A DNA stretch of 64,000 nt from Octopus vulgaris (GCA_951406725.2 OX597826.1:32550001-32614000), one strand, 5' to 3'; shown: positions 26,846 through 39,895, numbered from the stretch's first letter. The notes: generated by a model not told the origin, from the sequence alone. Translations and numbers: made by a program.

Positions 26846-27822
26846 TGTCTGTGTATCTCACTCTTTATATATATACAGTTAGATAGATAGATAGATAGAT
26901 AAAGATATAGATGTATGAGTCTATTTATGTTCATATTACCAGGGCTGCTTTGTAACTCAGAAAACTAAAGAGCACTTTTGAGTGAGAGGAAGAATACACC
27001 CCTAGATGTTTCTTTTAGTTTCCATTTACCAAATCTACTCAAGATTTTGGTCAAACCTTAGTTCAAACAGTCACACTGAGGAACTGAACCTGAGACCACA
27101 TAAGTGGGAAGCAAAGTTCTTATCTACAGAGCCATGCAGGAACTCTGGTAAATGAAGCAGTCAGAAATCAGTTCCAGGTCCAAGAAATTCTACAGCTTAA
27201 AAAAAATTCATTTATGACTCTAAATGTCTGCTACCCTATCTGTCTTTTATTTGGAAGATCAATCAATAAAAAGCCTGCACTACTATCAGTATCGATCAAT
27301 ATAGAGTCTGTATCAATATGATTAATATATCACGTAGACAATAAAGTGGCGAGCGGGCAGAATCGTTAGCATGTTCTGAGTTCAAATTCTGGTGAGGTTA
27401 ATTTTGCCTTTCATCATTTTTGGGGTTGATAAAATAAGTACTATTTGCACATTGAAATTGATGTAATTGACTACCCTCACCTCTTCCCCCAAATTGCTGG
27501 CCTTGTGCCAAAATTTGAAACTAATATAGTTCAGAGCCATATTTTTTAATTTTTAGAATATATTTCTGCTTTTGATGAACAATTTTACTGTTGACCAACT
27601 GATAATAATATTTATGATTTCAGTAGAGCTTGCATTAATTGCTTCCTGTAATTAAATATAACCTTTTCATTACCACATTTCTAATGAACTACACTGCCAT
27701 CATTTCAATTAATTTTGGAAATAATTAAGTATTTAGCAGAATAACATTGTCAATATTAAGCTGATGTTTGGAAACTTCAGTAAATTTTGTACTTTTGCAG
27801 GAAGATTTTTCTTTTGATCACT

Positions 27823-28048
27823 TTAACCCTTTTCTTGCCATATTTCTATTGAAATACTCTACATTTTTTTCAACTAATTTTGAAAATAATGAAGAATTTA
27901 GTAGAATAACTTTGTCATTATTAAGCAGGTGTTTGGATAAATAAATTAGCATGAGATTTTGATGGAAGTCTTGGATTTATATCACTTCAAAAGTTTGTAT
28001 CATAAAACCAGATCAGGTCCTTGAGGGGGTTGGGATCCAAAGGGTTTG
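27823..28048. mobile_element. piggyBac-type MITE (second family), with a partial tandem copy at ~27658-27822
   Basis: TTAA-cccttt...aaaggg-ttt termini; duplicated internal aattaattttggaaataat...tttagcagaataac...attaagc. Confidence 0.5.
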
Positions 28049-28089
28049 AAATGGTAATTATAATTCTTAAGAGCAAGGGTGTTATATAT

Positions 28090-28320
28090 GTTTCTTTATT
28101 ACCCACAAGGGGCTAAACATAGAGGGGACAAACAAGGACAGACAAAGGGATTAAGTCAATTACATTGACCCCAGTGCATAACTGGTACTTAATTTACTGA
28201 CCCCGAAAGGATAAAAGGCAAAGTCAACCTTGGCGGAATTTGAACTCAGAACTTAATGGTAGACGAAATATGGCTATGCATTTCGCCCGGCGTGCTAACA
28301 TTTCTGCCAGCTTGCTACCT
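28090..28320 (-). mobile_element. Family A SINE, full length
   Basis: Matches the family A consensus end to end. Confidence 0.85.
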
Positions 28321-29344
28321 TCAAGAGTCTTATATAGATGACTAATAATTCCAGTCTATGTGGAATTAGTTCACTTGATCTTTTGGTACCTTGACCGAAA
28401 TTCATTCTGTCAGAAACATTTGGTGTAAGTCTTCCCTTTGAGGATAATTTCAGTTTCATTCCTTACTCTTACCTGTGTCAGGAGCTCTGCCTTTCCTTCT
28501 CTGGCTAAATATAGCAAAAGAAGGAACTTTTTTGAAGATTACAAATTTCTTAGAAATGACAAAGGGTGGAATAGACTTTTTAAGCAAATTCTTGAGGTTT
28601 GAAGAAATGAATAAAAACCGTTGATAACATTCAATTAATTTAAACCTCATCCCCTGTGGATTTCTGGCCTTTTACTCATATGCTCTCATTAATAGTGATG
28701 GATGCAACGTTGAAGTGGAAAGCCCTATGCATTATATCTTGTACACAATCCTCTCTTTTCAGCCCGAGTACTAATTGCCTCTTTCAATTTATTGCACAGC
28801 TTTCCTTCTTTATAAATACAAGTATCAAGACTTATACAAATAAAAATTGTAATTACATGAATGAATGAATAACATTTTCTTTTTCTTCCATTTGAACGGA
28901 AGGGATTGCTGCTGAACAATCTAATTGGAAAAAATAAAATCAAACAAAATATAAATCAGAAAATGATTTGTTGTCTTCAAACTCCTTCACACTTATCAAG
29001 CAACAAATAACATTCAGGATGTTGGGGGTGGGGATGGAATGAAATTCGTTTTTAGAATCTTTCTTGAAACTGAATAATTCTTTTGCAATTTGGTTAGATT
29101 TTCAATCTTAAATGCCAAGATGAAAACATCCATTTTCAACAGATGGTGCTAGTAGCTGTTGGTAGAACTTCAATGAAACTTAAGTAGATCCTAAACAAGG
29201 CAGAAATTATTGAAGTTTTTGCTGAACAAATTAAATGAATTTTGTTTATATTCAATGAAAATAAACAAATCTCATCGGAAATGATTTGAGCTGACAAGAA
29301 ATGATAAACAACACTTTATAGAAATAAACTAAAATTTCAGCGGG

Positions 29345-29765
29345 AATGGATAGAAAGAGAGAGGAAATGAGAGGGTGGGAGAGAGAGAGGGAGAGAAGAA
29401 AGTGAGGGAGGGACAAAAAGGGGGACAGAAACTTGGAGAGAGGGTGGGTGGGAGGGAGGGAGAGAGACTGAAGGAGAAAGAGTGAGAGAGAAGGAAATAA
29501 AAAGTGTGAGGGAGAGAGAAAGAAAGAGGGAGAGAGAGAGAGAGGGAGAGACAGAGAAATGGGGAGAGAGTGAGAGTGAGAGAGAGAGGAAAGATAGGGA
29601 GAGAGGGAGGAAAAGAAGGAGGAAGAGAGGAAGGAAAAGAGAGATTGAGTGTGAGAGAGTGAGAGAGAGAGGAGGAGAGAGAGTGAGAGGGAAGAGAGGA
29701 AAATGGAGAGAGAGTGATCAAGAGAAGGGGAGAGAGAAGGAAAGAGAGGGGGAGACAGAGAGCGA
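29345..29765. repeat. GA-rich polypurine tract
   Basis: Degenerate (GA)n. Confidence 0.9.
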
Positions 29766-30370
29766 TGAGCAATTTACACACAGACAAATGATTGTCTCCA
29801 GAATATTTTACTTACTTCAAGACAATCTGGACGTCAAATATAAGGAAGTTTCCCAGCCACCATTTTGTACCTAAAATATCAGTTGTCCATTCTTTATAAA
29901 TATTATCTTGTGTATAATGGTGACAATATTCAATTTTTATTCTGTTTTGAATCAAGCTTCTGGTATAATCTTTTCTACTATAGGCACAAGGCCTGAAGTT
30001 TGGGGGAAAGGATTAAGTTGATTGCATCGACCCCAGTGCATAACTGGTACTAATTTTATTGACTTCGAAAGGACAAAAAGCAACATCGACATTGGTGGAA
30101 TTTGAACAGCAGAAGAGTTTGTGAGTGTGTGTTTCTCTGTGTGTGTGTGCATGTGCATGTGTGTGTGTGTGTGTGTGTGTTTGTGTCTGTGTTTGTTCTC
30201 CACTGCTACTAGATAACTGGTGTTGGTGTGCTTACATTCCAGTGTGTTTCTGTGTTTACATTCTAGCAGCTCAGCAAAAGAGACTGGTAGACTAAGTACC
30301 AAGCTGAAAATGAGAGAATAAGTTCTGAGGTCGATTAGTTCAGGTAAAAAAAAAATAAAAGATACTTTAA

Positions 30371-30591
30371 CCCTTTGGTGTTTAAACCGGCCATATCCGG
30401 CCCAATATATTCTACATGTTTTATATTTGAACTAGCCATATCTAGCCTCTCACACCTAACCTACATTGACATTCTAAAAATAAATAATCACATTATTGAA
30501 ACCTCAAAGGTGTGAGATAATGCATGATTAATTCAAAACAATTTGAGTGAAAAAGCATTACATTTAACAGAGTAATCTGAATGCTAAAGGG
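30371..30591. mobile_element. piggyBac-type MITE with TTAA target-site duplication, inserted in a family B SINE tail
   Basis: TTAA|CCCTTT...AAAGGG|TTAA (30367-70 and 30592-95). Confidence 0.8.
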
Positions 30592-30722
30592 TTAAGATAG
30601 TGCCCCAGCATGGCCTCAGTCTAATGAGTGAAGCAAGTAGAATATAAAAGGAAAAAAACAAATAAAGTTTTATTAGAAACATTGGAACCCTTCCAAAAGG
30701 TTAAATTAAGGATCTCAGCTTT

Positions 30723-31212
30723 AATCATCATCATCATCATCATCGTCACCGTCGTTTAATGTCTGCTTTCCATGCTGGCATGGGTTGGATGGTTTGACTG
30801 AGGGCTGGCAAATCGGAAGGCTGCACCAGGCTACAATCCAATCTGGCAAAGTTTCTACAGCTGGATGCCCTTCCTAATGCCCCCCCCCCCGAGAGTGTAG
30901 TGGGTGCTTTTTAGGTGTCACCGGCATGAGGGCCAGTCAGGCGGACCTGGCATCAATCATGCTTGAATGGTGCTTTTTATATGCCACCAGAACGGGATCA
31001 GTCAGGCTGCACTGGCAACAACCAAGCTCGAATGATGCTTTTTACGTGCCACTGGCATGGGTGCCAACCAAGCAGTACTGTCATCAGCCACGACAATGCC
31101 TTCACTTGCCTCAACAGGTCTTTGCAAGTGCAGTTTATTGCCCAATGATTGAAGGGTACTCTTAAATGAGCTGGTTATGGTACACTGGCATAGGCCACGG
31201 TTATGGTCTCAC
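30723..31212 (-). mobile_element. RTE-tail SINE with internal tandem subrepeats
   Basis: (CAT)n-cgtttaatgtctgctttccatgctggcatgggttgg...ctggatgcccttcctaa...gagagtgtagtgggtgctttt; ~55-bp subrepeats gtgctttttacgtgccactggca; homolog at 46330-46720. Confidence 0.7.
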
Positions 31213-31964
31213 TTATAGATACAATAAATTGTACAAGTTGTAAAGATAATTTCTGAACTCCCTGTATTTCTTAAACATGGAAAGGGGCTGAAACTGGCTA
31301 AAACTACAAAGCCCTGTTAATAATATTTGTACGTGTGTATGCATGTACATCTGAATTCATGTACATGTATATACATGTATATGTGTATCCATATGTGTGT
31401 GTGTGTGTGTATTTAGATCTGTGTATGTGTATATGAAGCTGTGTGTATATGTATCTGGATCTGTAGATGTGTGTGTATATATCTGGATCTGTATGTATAT
31501 GGATGTATGTATATTTGTACAACAAGAGCTATATGTATATATGTGTGTGTGTGTATGCAAGTGTACGTGCATGTGGATATATAAATGTGTGTATATGATA
31601 TCTGGATTTGCATATGTGTATCTGTGAATGGGTATATGTGTATATATGTGTGTGTGTGAATGATTATTAATGTTCTAGAGCTCATAAACTAGAGGAATAC
31701 TCTAAAAAAACTCCATTATAGTCGCAATAACAGAAGAAATGAAATTGTGAGATAATAAACCAACCAAATAATACGATAATGTCATTGACCGTCTCATGTC
31801 ATTAGGAATGATATCATTGTAGTTTGTTTGTTGTGTAATATCTTTTGATAAGTTCCATTCTTTGAGGTTGGTTATTTTAGTGAGTTCACAGAGGGAAACC
31901 ACAGTCTTTAGCTTTAAAGAAATAGAGCAACATCAGTTGTGAGGGTTTCAGATCTGCCCAGCCA

Positions 31965-32295
31965 ACCATCATCATCATCATCAACATCACCACCATCGTC
32001 ATCATCGTCATTATTGTCGTTGTCATCTTCATCATCATCGTCATCATCGACATCATCATCATCATCTTCATCATCATTGTCATCATCCTCGTTATTGTCT
32101 TCATCATTGTTGTCATCATCAACATCATCATCATCATCATCATCATCCTCATCACCACCATCGTCATCATCATCGTCATCATCACCATCACCATCATCGT
32201 CATTATCATCATCATCATTGTTATCATCTTCACCATCATCATTGCCGTCACCATCATAGCCATTATCTTCGTCACCATAGTTGTTATTATTATTG
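31965..32295. repeat. Degenerate (CAT)n repeat
   Basis: Directly visible. Confidence 0.9.
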
Positions 32296-32479
32296 TCAGA
32301 AAGATTCAGCATGTTATGGAATGTGACATATGTGCCATTTCATTACAGGTACAACTCATTTTTGCCAGCTGAGTGAACTAGAACACCGTGGAATAAAGTG
32401 TCTTGCTCAAGGACACAGCATGTTGAATCGAGCTCCCCCCACCCCACCCCCACTCGTATTTATATTTTTTTGTCAAAGC

Positions 32480-32577
32480 GTGGCACTTATTCTACTGATC
32501 TCTTTTGCTGAACCACTAAGTTAAGGGGATATAAACATAGCAGCACTGGTTGTTAAGTGGTGGTGGGGGACAAACAC

Positions 32578-32616
<39 letters not shown>

Positions 32617-32833
32617 ACACACACACATACACACACACACACACACTAACACACACACAAAACACACATGTTACGTGCTTCTTACATTTTCTGTCTACCA
32701 AATCTACTCACAAGGCTTCGGTCGGCCCGAAGCTATAGTAGAAGACACTCGCCCAAGGTGCCACACAGTGGGACTGAACCCGGAACCATGTGGTTGGTAA
32801 GCAAGCAACTTACCACACAGCCACTCCTGCGCC
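32480..32833 (-). mobile_element. CORE-type SINE (family B)
   Basis: Reverse complement of ggcgcaggagtggctgtgtggtaag...ggttcagtcccactgtgtggcaccttgggcgagtgtctt. Confidence 0.85.
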
Positions 32834-33280
32834 TAGATAGGGAATGTTTTGCAAACAAGAGGGGAAAGAAGCCGAAGGGAGCAGGATAGAAAATGAAGAC
32901 AATATCGGCCAAATGTTGACCGCTGAGTATGAACACATATTATATGTATATTCATACACAGGCATAAAGAGTGAAATAGAGAAAGATTTTGAATTTCTAT
33001 GGATTACAACATGGCAGACGATTAAAAAGGACAGACACAAAAAAGAAAAAAAAGAAGAAAGTAAAGGACCACGTTTAAGGCCACTGAATTGTAACGAAAG
33101 AACTCTGGTCGAATGAAAACCTGAAAAACAAATTGTGAACATCAAATAAATAATGCTTGTGTTATTTTTTTTTTTGTTGGCAAAACAAGCAACATGACCT
33201 CCCATCCAATACGTTTCAAAAGACGAAAGGCCATACTAGAGCACCGTCTTTTATTTGAACAAATCAACGCCAGGAATTAT

Positions 33281-33697
33281 TAACTTGGCGGTTCGGAAGA
33301 AGAGTCGATAGAACAAATACAAAGCTTCCTAAAGATATATTTCTTTACTACTCACAAGGAGCTAAACACAGAGGGGACAAACAAAGACAGACAAACGGAT
33401 TAAGTCGATTACATCGACCCCAATGCATAACTGGTATTTAATTTATCGACTCCGAAAGGATGAAATGCAAAGTCGACCTCTGAGTTCAAATTCCGCCGAG
33501 GTCGACTTTGCCTTTCATTCTATCGGGGTCGATAAACTAAGGACCAGTTACACACTGGTGTCGATATAATCGACTTAATCCGTTTGTCTGTCTTTGTTTG
33601 TCCCCTCTGTGTTTAGCCCCTTGTGGGTAGTAAAGAAATATATTCTTAGGAAGCTTTGTATTTATTCTATCGCCTCTTCTTCCGAACCGCCAAGTTA
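33281..33697. repeat. Foldback inverted duplication of ~200 bp containing a family A SINE plus flank
   Basis: Arms 33281-33480 and 33498-33697; 17-bp spacer tgagttcaaattccgcc. Confidence 0.85.
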
Positions 33698-33819
33698 CAG
33701 GAGCATAATCGCGTCAACGTTAGTTATCAAGCAATGGTGGGGTTGACATACAGACACACAAATACATACATTCGTATGTATAGGCGTGTCTGTATGTGTG
33801 CTTGCATATGTACCTACCT

Positions 33820-35051
33820 TTCTCTCTGCTCTCTCTGATCGGTCGTGTTATTCTTTGCTCAGCAGACGACAAGATTGTTTTTGCACTGAAAATTGTGAAA
33901 ATTTGCTGTTTTGGTCGTCGAGACCACTTCTTTTCTGCTGTTGCAACAGAGTTTTGCTATTCTTTCCCCCTTGTTTCAAGGGGGAAGCGGCAAAAAACGT
34001 GAATTTGCCACCAATTTCTTCCGAGTCCGAGGAAAACTGAAAATTTGCTTGAAGGCATGGAGGCGAATATGTGGGAGGAGGAAGGTAAAAGTAAAGACGC
34101 GTCTCACGTGAGCGTTACAAAAGCAGACGACAAGATGTCGAGCGAGGTTACTAGACAAGAGGAAAAGTCAAAAATAAATTTTGCGAGTGCAGCAACTCGC
34201 CCCTGTGAAAATATAGTTATTAACACAGAAGAATTAAAGAGATACCAAGGTTTACTAAAAAAAAGAAGGTGATAATGTGAAGTTGCTCCCTCCCAGTGAA
34301 TTAATTTACGCGACAGAGAGAAAGACGGTAATATACAAAACATATCTTGTGAAAAATAAAAAAAATCGTCTTTGTACCGAGGGAAGCGATAGAAAAATGC
34401 TTGAGGCCGATATGGCAACAAACAAGCCGCTATTCTCATAGGCAAAGAAGAAGAAATTTCAATTCTTCAATCTAAGAGATACTATCACATGAACTGGTTT
34501 GGACAAGATTTAGAGCTTGTCATCCAAGCAAACCCCTCAGACTTAGAAAAATTGCCCAGTTCCCTTACAATTGGAGAAAATACCAGCATGATGGTGGTAG
34601 TCGAGGGGAGAAAGCCCAGATGTTACAAATGTGGCGAGAAAGGCCACATAAGGTCGAGCTGTAAGAAGAAGACAGCCAAAGAAAACGCAGCAGAGGAGGC
34701 AAGTAGGACGCTGAAGACAACGACCACACCGCTAGAAATAGCAGCCACGTCGCGCACCCCAATTGCCGAAGTACAGCCGACAACGGGAGAAATCAACGAC
34801 AACAACAACAACAACATCCAGGAGTGGGTCACCGTGGAACCTTCAAAAAGAAGACGGAAACGGAAAAACCCACCCTCTTCGGATACACAGGACTATGTCC
34901 TGAGACAGACAAGCACACCCACACCCACAAATACAGCCGCAAACACATACGTAGCAAAAAAAAAAACACATACACTGGAAAAAGCACACACAAACACACA
35001 CACACACCTACCACAAGCACATACACACCTACAAACACCCACGTTTCTACA

Positions 35052-35100
<49 letters not shown>

Positions 35101-35121
35101 CTCCACAATCGCCTAATATAA
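33820..35121 (+). mobile_element. Tx1/L1-like retrotransposon 5' UTR and ORF1 (gag-like CCHC zinc knuckle), disrupted
   Basis: ORF 34489-35121: VVVEGRKPRCYKCGEKGHIRSSC (CX2CX4HX4C) and WVTVEPSKRRRK; upstream piece 34045-34272 (NFASAAT). Confidence 0.75.
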
Positions 35122-35249
35122 AAAAGAGAAACACCTTCACGGCGATAAACAAAAATAATTAACTATTAAGAGACAAAATTGTTTTAATGAAATCGGCGAA
35201 AAAAATATATCGCAAGAGATGTAAATAATACTATTTTGGGCGTGTGGAA

Positions 35250-35901
35250 TGTAGAGTGCCATCAGGCACTCGTGCTTCTCTCCCAGTTGGGCAACGCCGG
35301 TGGCGGGGGTACTACCTCGTTCTTCTATAGAGGGTTAGTAGAGTTTAAGTGTGACGACGTCCTGGGAGAAACCCTGGGCTTCGACGAAATTTAACTGGCC
35401 AGCCTGTTCCAAAGAACATTCGGTCCGGGGCCTATGGATAATTACCAAAAGTCCCTGGCCTGGCAATGTTACAGAGGAGCTTTACCGGTTCGAGATAAGC
35501 TCTTTAGACATGGGTGTGCACCTTCGCCGGTTTGTGCAAGATGTGAGAGGGACAGTGAAACTGTCCTGCACGCGATTGTGCAATGCCCCAAGGTGAATGA
35601 ACTCTGGGCTTATGTCGAACACCTGGTGTCGCATTTGAGAAGAGTACAACTGTCGAGTGAATCTGTAATTAAGATCGTTCCGCCGACCTCCCTGAATAGG
35701 GAGGAGCGAGGCTGTTTTCTCTCGGTAGTTGCTGGGGCGAAAGAAGTAGTATGGAAGTCGAGAGTGAAAGGAATTGCAACAGGCATGTTTATCTCCAGTC
35801 TCGAGCTAATCGACTTTTTCGTTTTCCACATGAAACGGAAAATAAGGCTGGAGAAGAAATGCCTGTCGCAATGTGTGTTTCTCCACATGATTTTTGGTTA
35901 A
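35250..35901 (+). mobile_element. Tx1/L1-like ORF2 C-terminal fragment (zf-RVT)
   Basis: LAWQCYRGALPVRDKL..SPVCARCERDSETVLHAIVQCPKVNELW..AKEVVWKSR; endonuclease and RT absent. Confidence 0.85.
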
Positions 35902-36142
35902 AATTCGAAAAATTAAACTACGTTAAACAAACAAATTACAATTTTCTCAAGAAAGCCAAGACAAAAAAATGTTTTATTTTGACACATTCTACCAGTATAC
36001 GAAGTTTTAAAGTGTTTAGTTAACTAGAAATTGCATTGAAAACTGCCGTTCAAAAGGAAAAGATCCAATTTTTTTACACGAAGTAAATATTTTTTTTAAA
36101 ACAAAGTAAATAAAACACAAAGTAAGGATCGACTAGTCACAA

Positions 36143-36344
36143 CTAGCTAGCGCGGATGCGCGAGTGCGCGCACCAGTACCACTCTTCTTAGGTAGTATCA
36201 ATTTAACCATTTCTCCATAGATTGAAAAGAAGATGAACAACCTTAATCGATTTTCGAACCTTATTGGGTTCTCATCAGAGGCGTAGTGGTTCAAACATGA
36301 AAAATAGAACTCAATTTGAGTCAGACTCAAATGATAAGTATAGA
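36143..36344 (-). mobile_element. Non-autonomous mini-Helitron (202 bp) candidate
   Basis: Minus strand: A|TCTATACTTATC...TGCGCG-CACT-CGCGCA (hairpin)-TCCGCGCTAG-CTAG|T. 5' TC, subterminal GC hairpin, CTAG end, A/T target, no TSD. Confidence 0.75.
36236..36286 (-). ncRNA. Intact minimal type I hammerhead ribozyme motif
   Basis: GCCT-CTGATGA-GAACC-CAATAA-GGTTC-GAAA-ATCGAT-TA-AGGT: canonical core, 5-bp stem II, palindromic stem III (AATCGATT), UUA cleavage triplet, stem I GCCT/AGGT. Confidence 0.8.
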
Positions 36345-36744
36345 TTTATTGATCGGCAAAAGTTACATAGTGACTGAAGGTTCGAGAGTTTCTTGCAGAG
36401 GCACTTATCAAACTAATTAAATCAGTGTTTTCTATATAAAACGAAAAAACAGGACAGTATCGGAAAAAAATGACGCAGATACTATTTTATATATACGCAG
36501 GAAGACTTTTGATTGATAATACGACAAAATTAAGGCAAGATAAAAAATGAAAGCCGTCAATATATAAGGCATTCTGCCTAAACTACGTCTTTAAGATACG
36601 ATTTGTTAGTAGTAACGCTACTATTTCCTAAGGAACTCAAGAGAAGGATAAAAAGAGCAGAGAGAGGGGAATAAAGACAAAAGGAAAGTAAAGATTGAAT
36701 GAAAAATGAAAAGGAGAATCAAGGTTGAAGTGAATGCTAGACTG

Positions 36745-37430
36745 TAGTTGAAAAAAAAAGGCACTTACCCAGGCAGTGGTCAAGCAGATAATGATATGGG
36801 ATATTGAATGGTCGTTTTGCACCAAAAAGGTGGACGGCTGGGGGGACCCATTGACAGGGGAGTGCAGGTAGAAAGAAAGAGGAAGTGTAGAGAAAGAAGG
36901 CAATAAAACTGTAATAGAGACAGGAAAAATGAAAGGTAGTAAAGAGAGAAAAGAAGATGTGTAGAGAGAAAGAACGATAGAAATAGATAGGAAACGTTTT
37001 ACAAAGAAGAGGATTGGAAAGGTTAGAAAACGGAGACAATGTCCACCAAATGTGGAAAGCTGTGTGGGGTACCACTGAGTAAGAATAGAAGCGGATGTCT
37101 GGCTTTACAAATTTATTTCGTAATTTCGGTTTGCAATTATTTATAGTTAAACATTTCCTTTCAAGGTTTTTACTTTCAAACAACTTTTTCGTGCCCATTT
37201 CGGACCTAACAACCTATATGAGAAAATCGTTTTGACTGAAAGAATTTTGAAAGGGTTTTATTTTTAGACTGGGGTGAAAACGGTCGAATCCATTCAACCA
37301 ATTACAAAGAACTTGGGAGTGGTACTGAAGGATGGAGTGAAGTATTGACAGACAGAAAGAGAGAGTTACACATTTTAGCTGGGTGGCAGCTGTCTTCAAT
37401 AATTTAAGTAATGCTATTATATTCAAAATT
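36745..37430 (-). mobile_element. CR1/Jockey-like LINE 3' end
   Basis: LSILHSILQYHSQVL (~IRPILEYCSPVW) and RFYSYSVVPHTAFHIWWTL (~R..Y..SF.P.T..LWN.L), followed by a 3' UTR. Confidence 0.5.
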
Positions 37431-37654
37431 AACCATACATGCTGGTTTTGTTGTTGTTATTGTTGCTGCTACTGTTGTCATTGTCTCTTATTTTTTTGTA
37501 TTTTGACACTCCTTTCCTTCAGAAGTTAGTGGTCATAAACTCCCTAGGGAATTTTATGCCAGCTTCATCACTTTTATTTATTGTTTTGAAACGAGATCGA
37601 ACTTAAGCATTTTATACCGACAGATTTTAGACACTTTTTTCTGAAGCTGGTAAG

Positions 37655-37747
37655 ATTATGTAGGGGGTGCAAATTTTGATCTTGCACCCCCTGAAAATTC
37701 TAGGGGGTGCAGGTGCACCCGCTGCACCCCCTGTTCCCGGGCCCTTG
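37655..37747. mobile_element. hAT-like MITE terminus
   Basis: Repeated gggggtgca/tgcaccccc units ending ...ccccctgttcccgggcccttg; no partner terminus identified. Confidence 0.5.
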
Positions 37748-38419
37748 CTTAGAACCATGTGGTTGGGAAGCAAGCTTCTTACCACACAGCCATGCCTATT
37801 GATCTTCTTTTTATGTTTGTTATAACTTTATTTAATTAAGAATGGTAATAACACAAATAACAATGAATTTCTCACACAGTGGGCTTCTTTAAGTTTCCAT
37901 CTACCAAATCCACTCATAAGGTTTTATTTGTTATGGGGCTACTGTAGAAGATATTTGCTCAAGGTGCCATGCAGTGGGACTGAACCTGGAACCATATGGT
38001 TGGGAAGCAAACTTCTTACCACACAGCCACACCCATGATATATTATGAATAATATAATATGATAAATAATTAATATTTTAAATATATAACAGCTGTTACA
38101 TTTTCATTAATATTTCTGTCTTCCTACAAGGTAGGATTCTGGGTTTAGCTACTTACTGGAAAATAAAACTACAGGCTTGTTTAATCCATTATTAATGGAA
38201 TAATATTAACGAGGGGTTGAAATTCAATCCATAAATGGTGGGGGATTAAGATATTTACAGCTATACCAAAATATCTACCATTTGTTTATTTTGGTTTATT
38301 TAAAAGCTTTTAGAAGAAACATTAGACAGATATTCTAATGCATATTTTTTTCATATCTCTATCTGTCTATCTGTCTGTCTGTTTGTCTCTCTGTCAATCT
38401 CTATGTTCATATGTCTGTG

Positions 38420-38497
<78 letters not shown>

Positions 38498-38545
38498 ATA
38501 GATATATATAAATAGATAAATGCATACATACATACATACATACAT

Positions 38546-38621
<76 letters not shown>

Positions 38622-38767
38622 ACATATATATATGTGTGTGTATGTGTGTTTGAATATATACTATCAAAATAAATACATACATACACACACACATATATAT
38701 ATAGAGTGAGATAGACAGACAGACTGACAAATAGATAGATAGATGCATATATACATATATGTATGTA

Positions 38768-38819
<52 letters not shown>

Positions 38820-39351
38820 TTATCTACTTTTGTAGCCATTCTCAAACTTTTAACCTCTTTTACAACATCCCCTATATATATTTGTATAATGTAACAAAAG
38901 ACCGTTCGCTCAAGATGGGAGATATAGCCACCATATTCATTGTCTGTTCAGCTGGTATAGATAGGATTGAAACTAGCATTTAAAATCAAACTGGTTCGTA
39001 GTGAATAAGAGCCAGCATTGTAATGGCCCAATATACTGATGGTTTTGTAAGAGACACCTCTGCTGATCTTTAAAAGTGCTTGAGTGGAAGTAAGATGGCC
39101 GAAGCTAAAATTTCCATTTCATAAAATACAGAAGACCTTGTGAAGAACATCACGTGGGATACCGGGCAAGTGTAACAATGAGAAGACGCTGTTAATGAAT
39201 TTATATTTCGAGTAACGCAATTGAAATAATAGTTTTTCACGTATATATACGTCTTCTTGGGATAATAAATATAAAACTGAAAACGTACATCTACATATCC
39301 TACGGGCACTTATCAGGTTTATTGCCTTCGAGGTGAACTGGATGATTCTAA

Positions 39352-39390
39352 ATAATGATGATGATGATGATGGTGATGGTGATGATGATG

Positions 39391-39422
<32 letters not shown>

Positions 39423-39478
39423 GATGGTGATGGTGTAGATGATGATGATGATGATGATGGTGGTGATGGTGATGATGA

Positions 39479-39512
<34 letters not shown>

Positions 39513-39895
39513 GATGGTGATGATGATGATGATGATGACGATGATGTTGATGCTGATGATGATGGTGAAGATGATGATGATGATGATGATGATGATGGTG
39601 GTGGTGATGGTGATGATGATGATGATGATGATGGTAATGATAATAATAACAACAACAATTATAATAACGATAATGATAATAATTAAAATAATAATAATAA
39701 TGAGGATGATGATGATAATAATAACAACAACGACAATAGTAATACTAATAGCCTAATAACAATAATAATCTTAGAGAAGTAATGATGATGATGATGATGA
39801 TGATGCAGATGAAGATGAGGATGATGATGATGATGATGAGGATGAGGAGGAGGAGGATGATGATGATGATGATGATAACAATAATAATAATAATT
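39352..39895. repeat. (GAT)n/(AAT)n repeat block
   Basis: Directly visible. Confidence 0.95.

Noticed and set aside
30900-31100. CRISPR-like repeat/spacer pattern (also 46500-46720)
   Set aside because: Degenerate tandem subrepeats inside a eukaryotic SINE, with related spacers and no cas genes.
38890-39330. Unique CpG-containing segment considered as an exon or miRNA locus
   Set aside because: Stops in the frames examined, no known miRNA recognised and no convincing hairpin.
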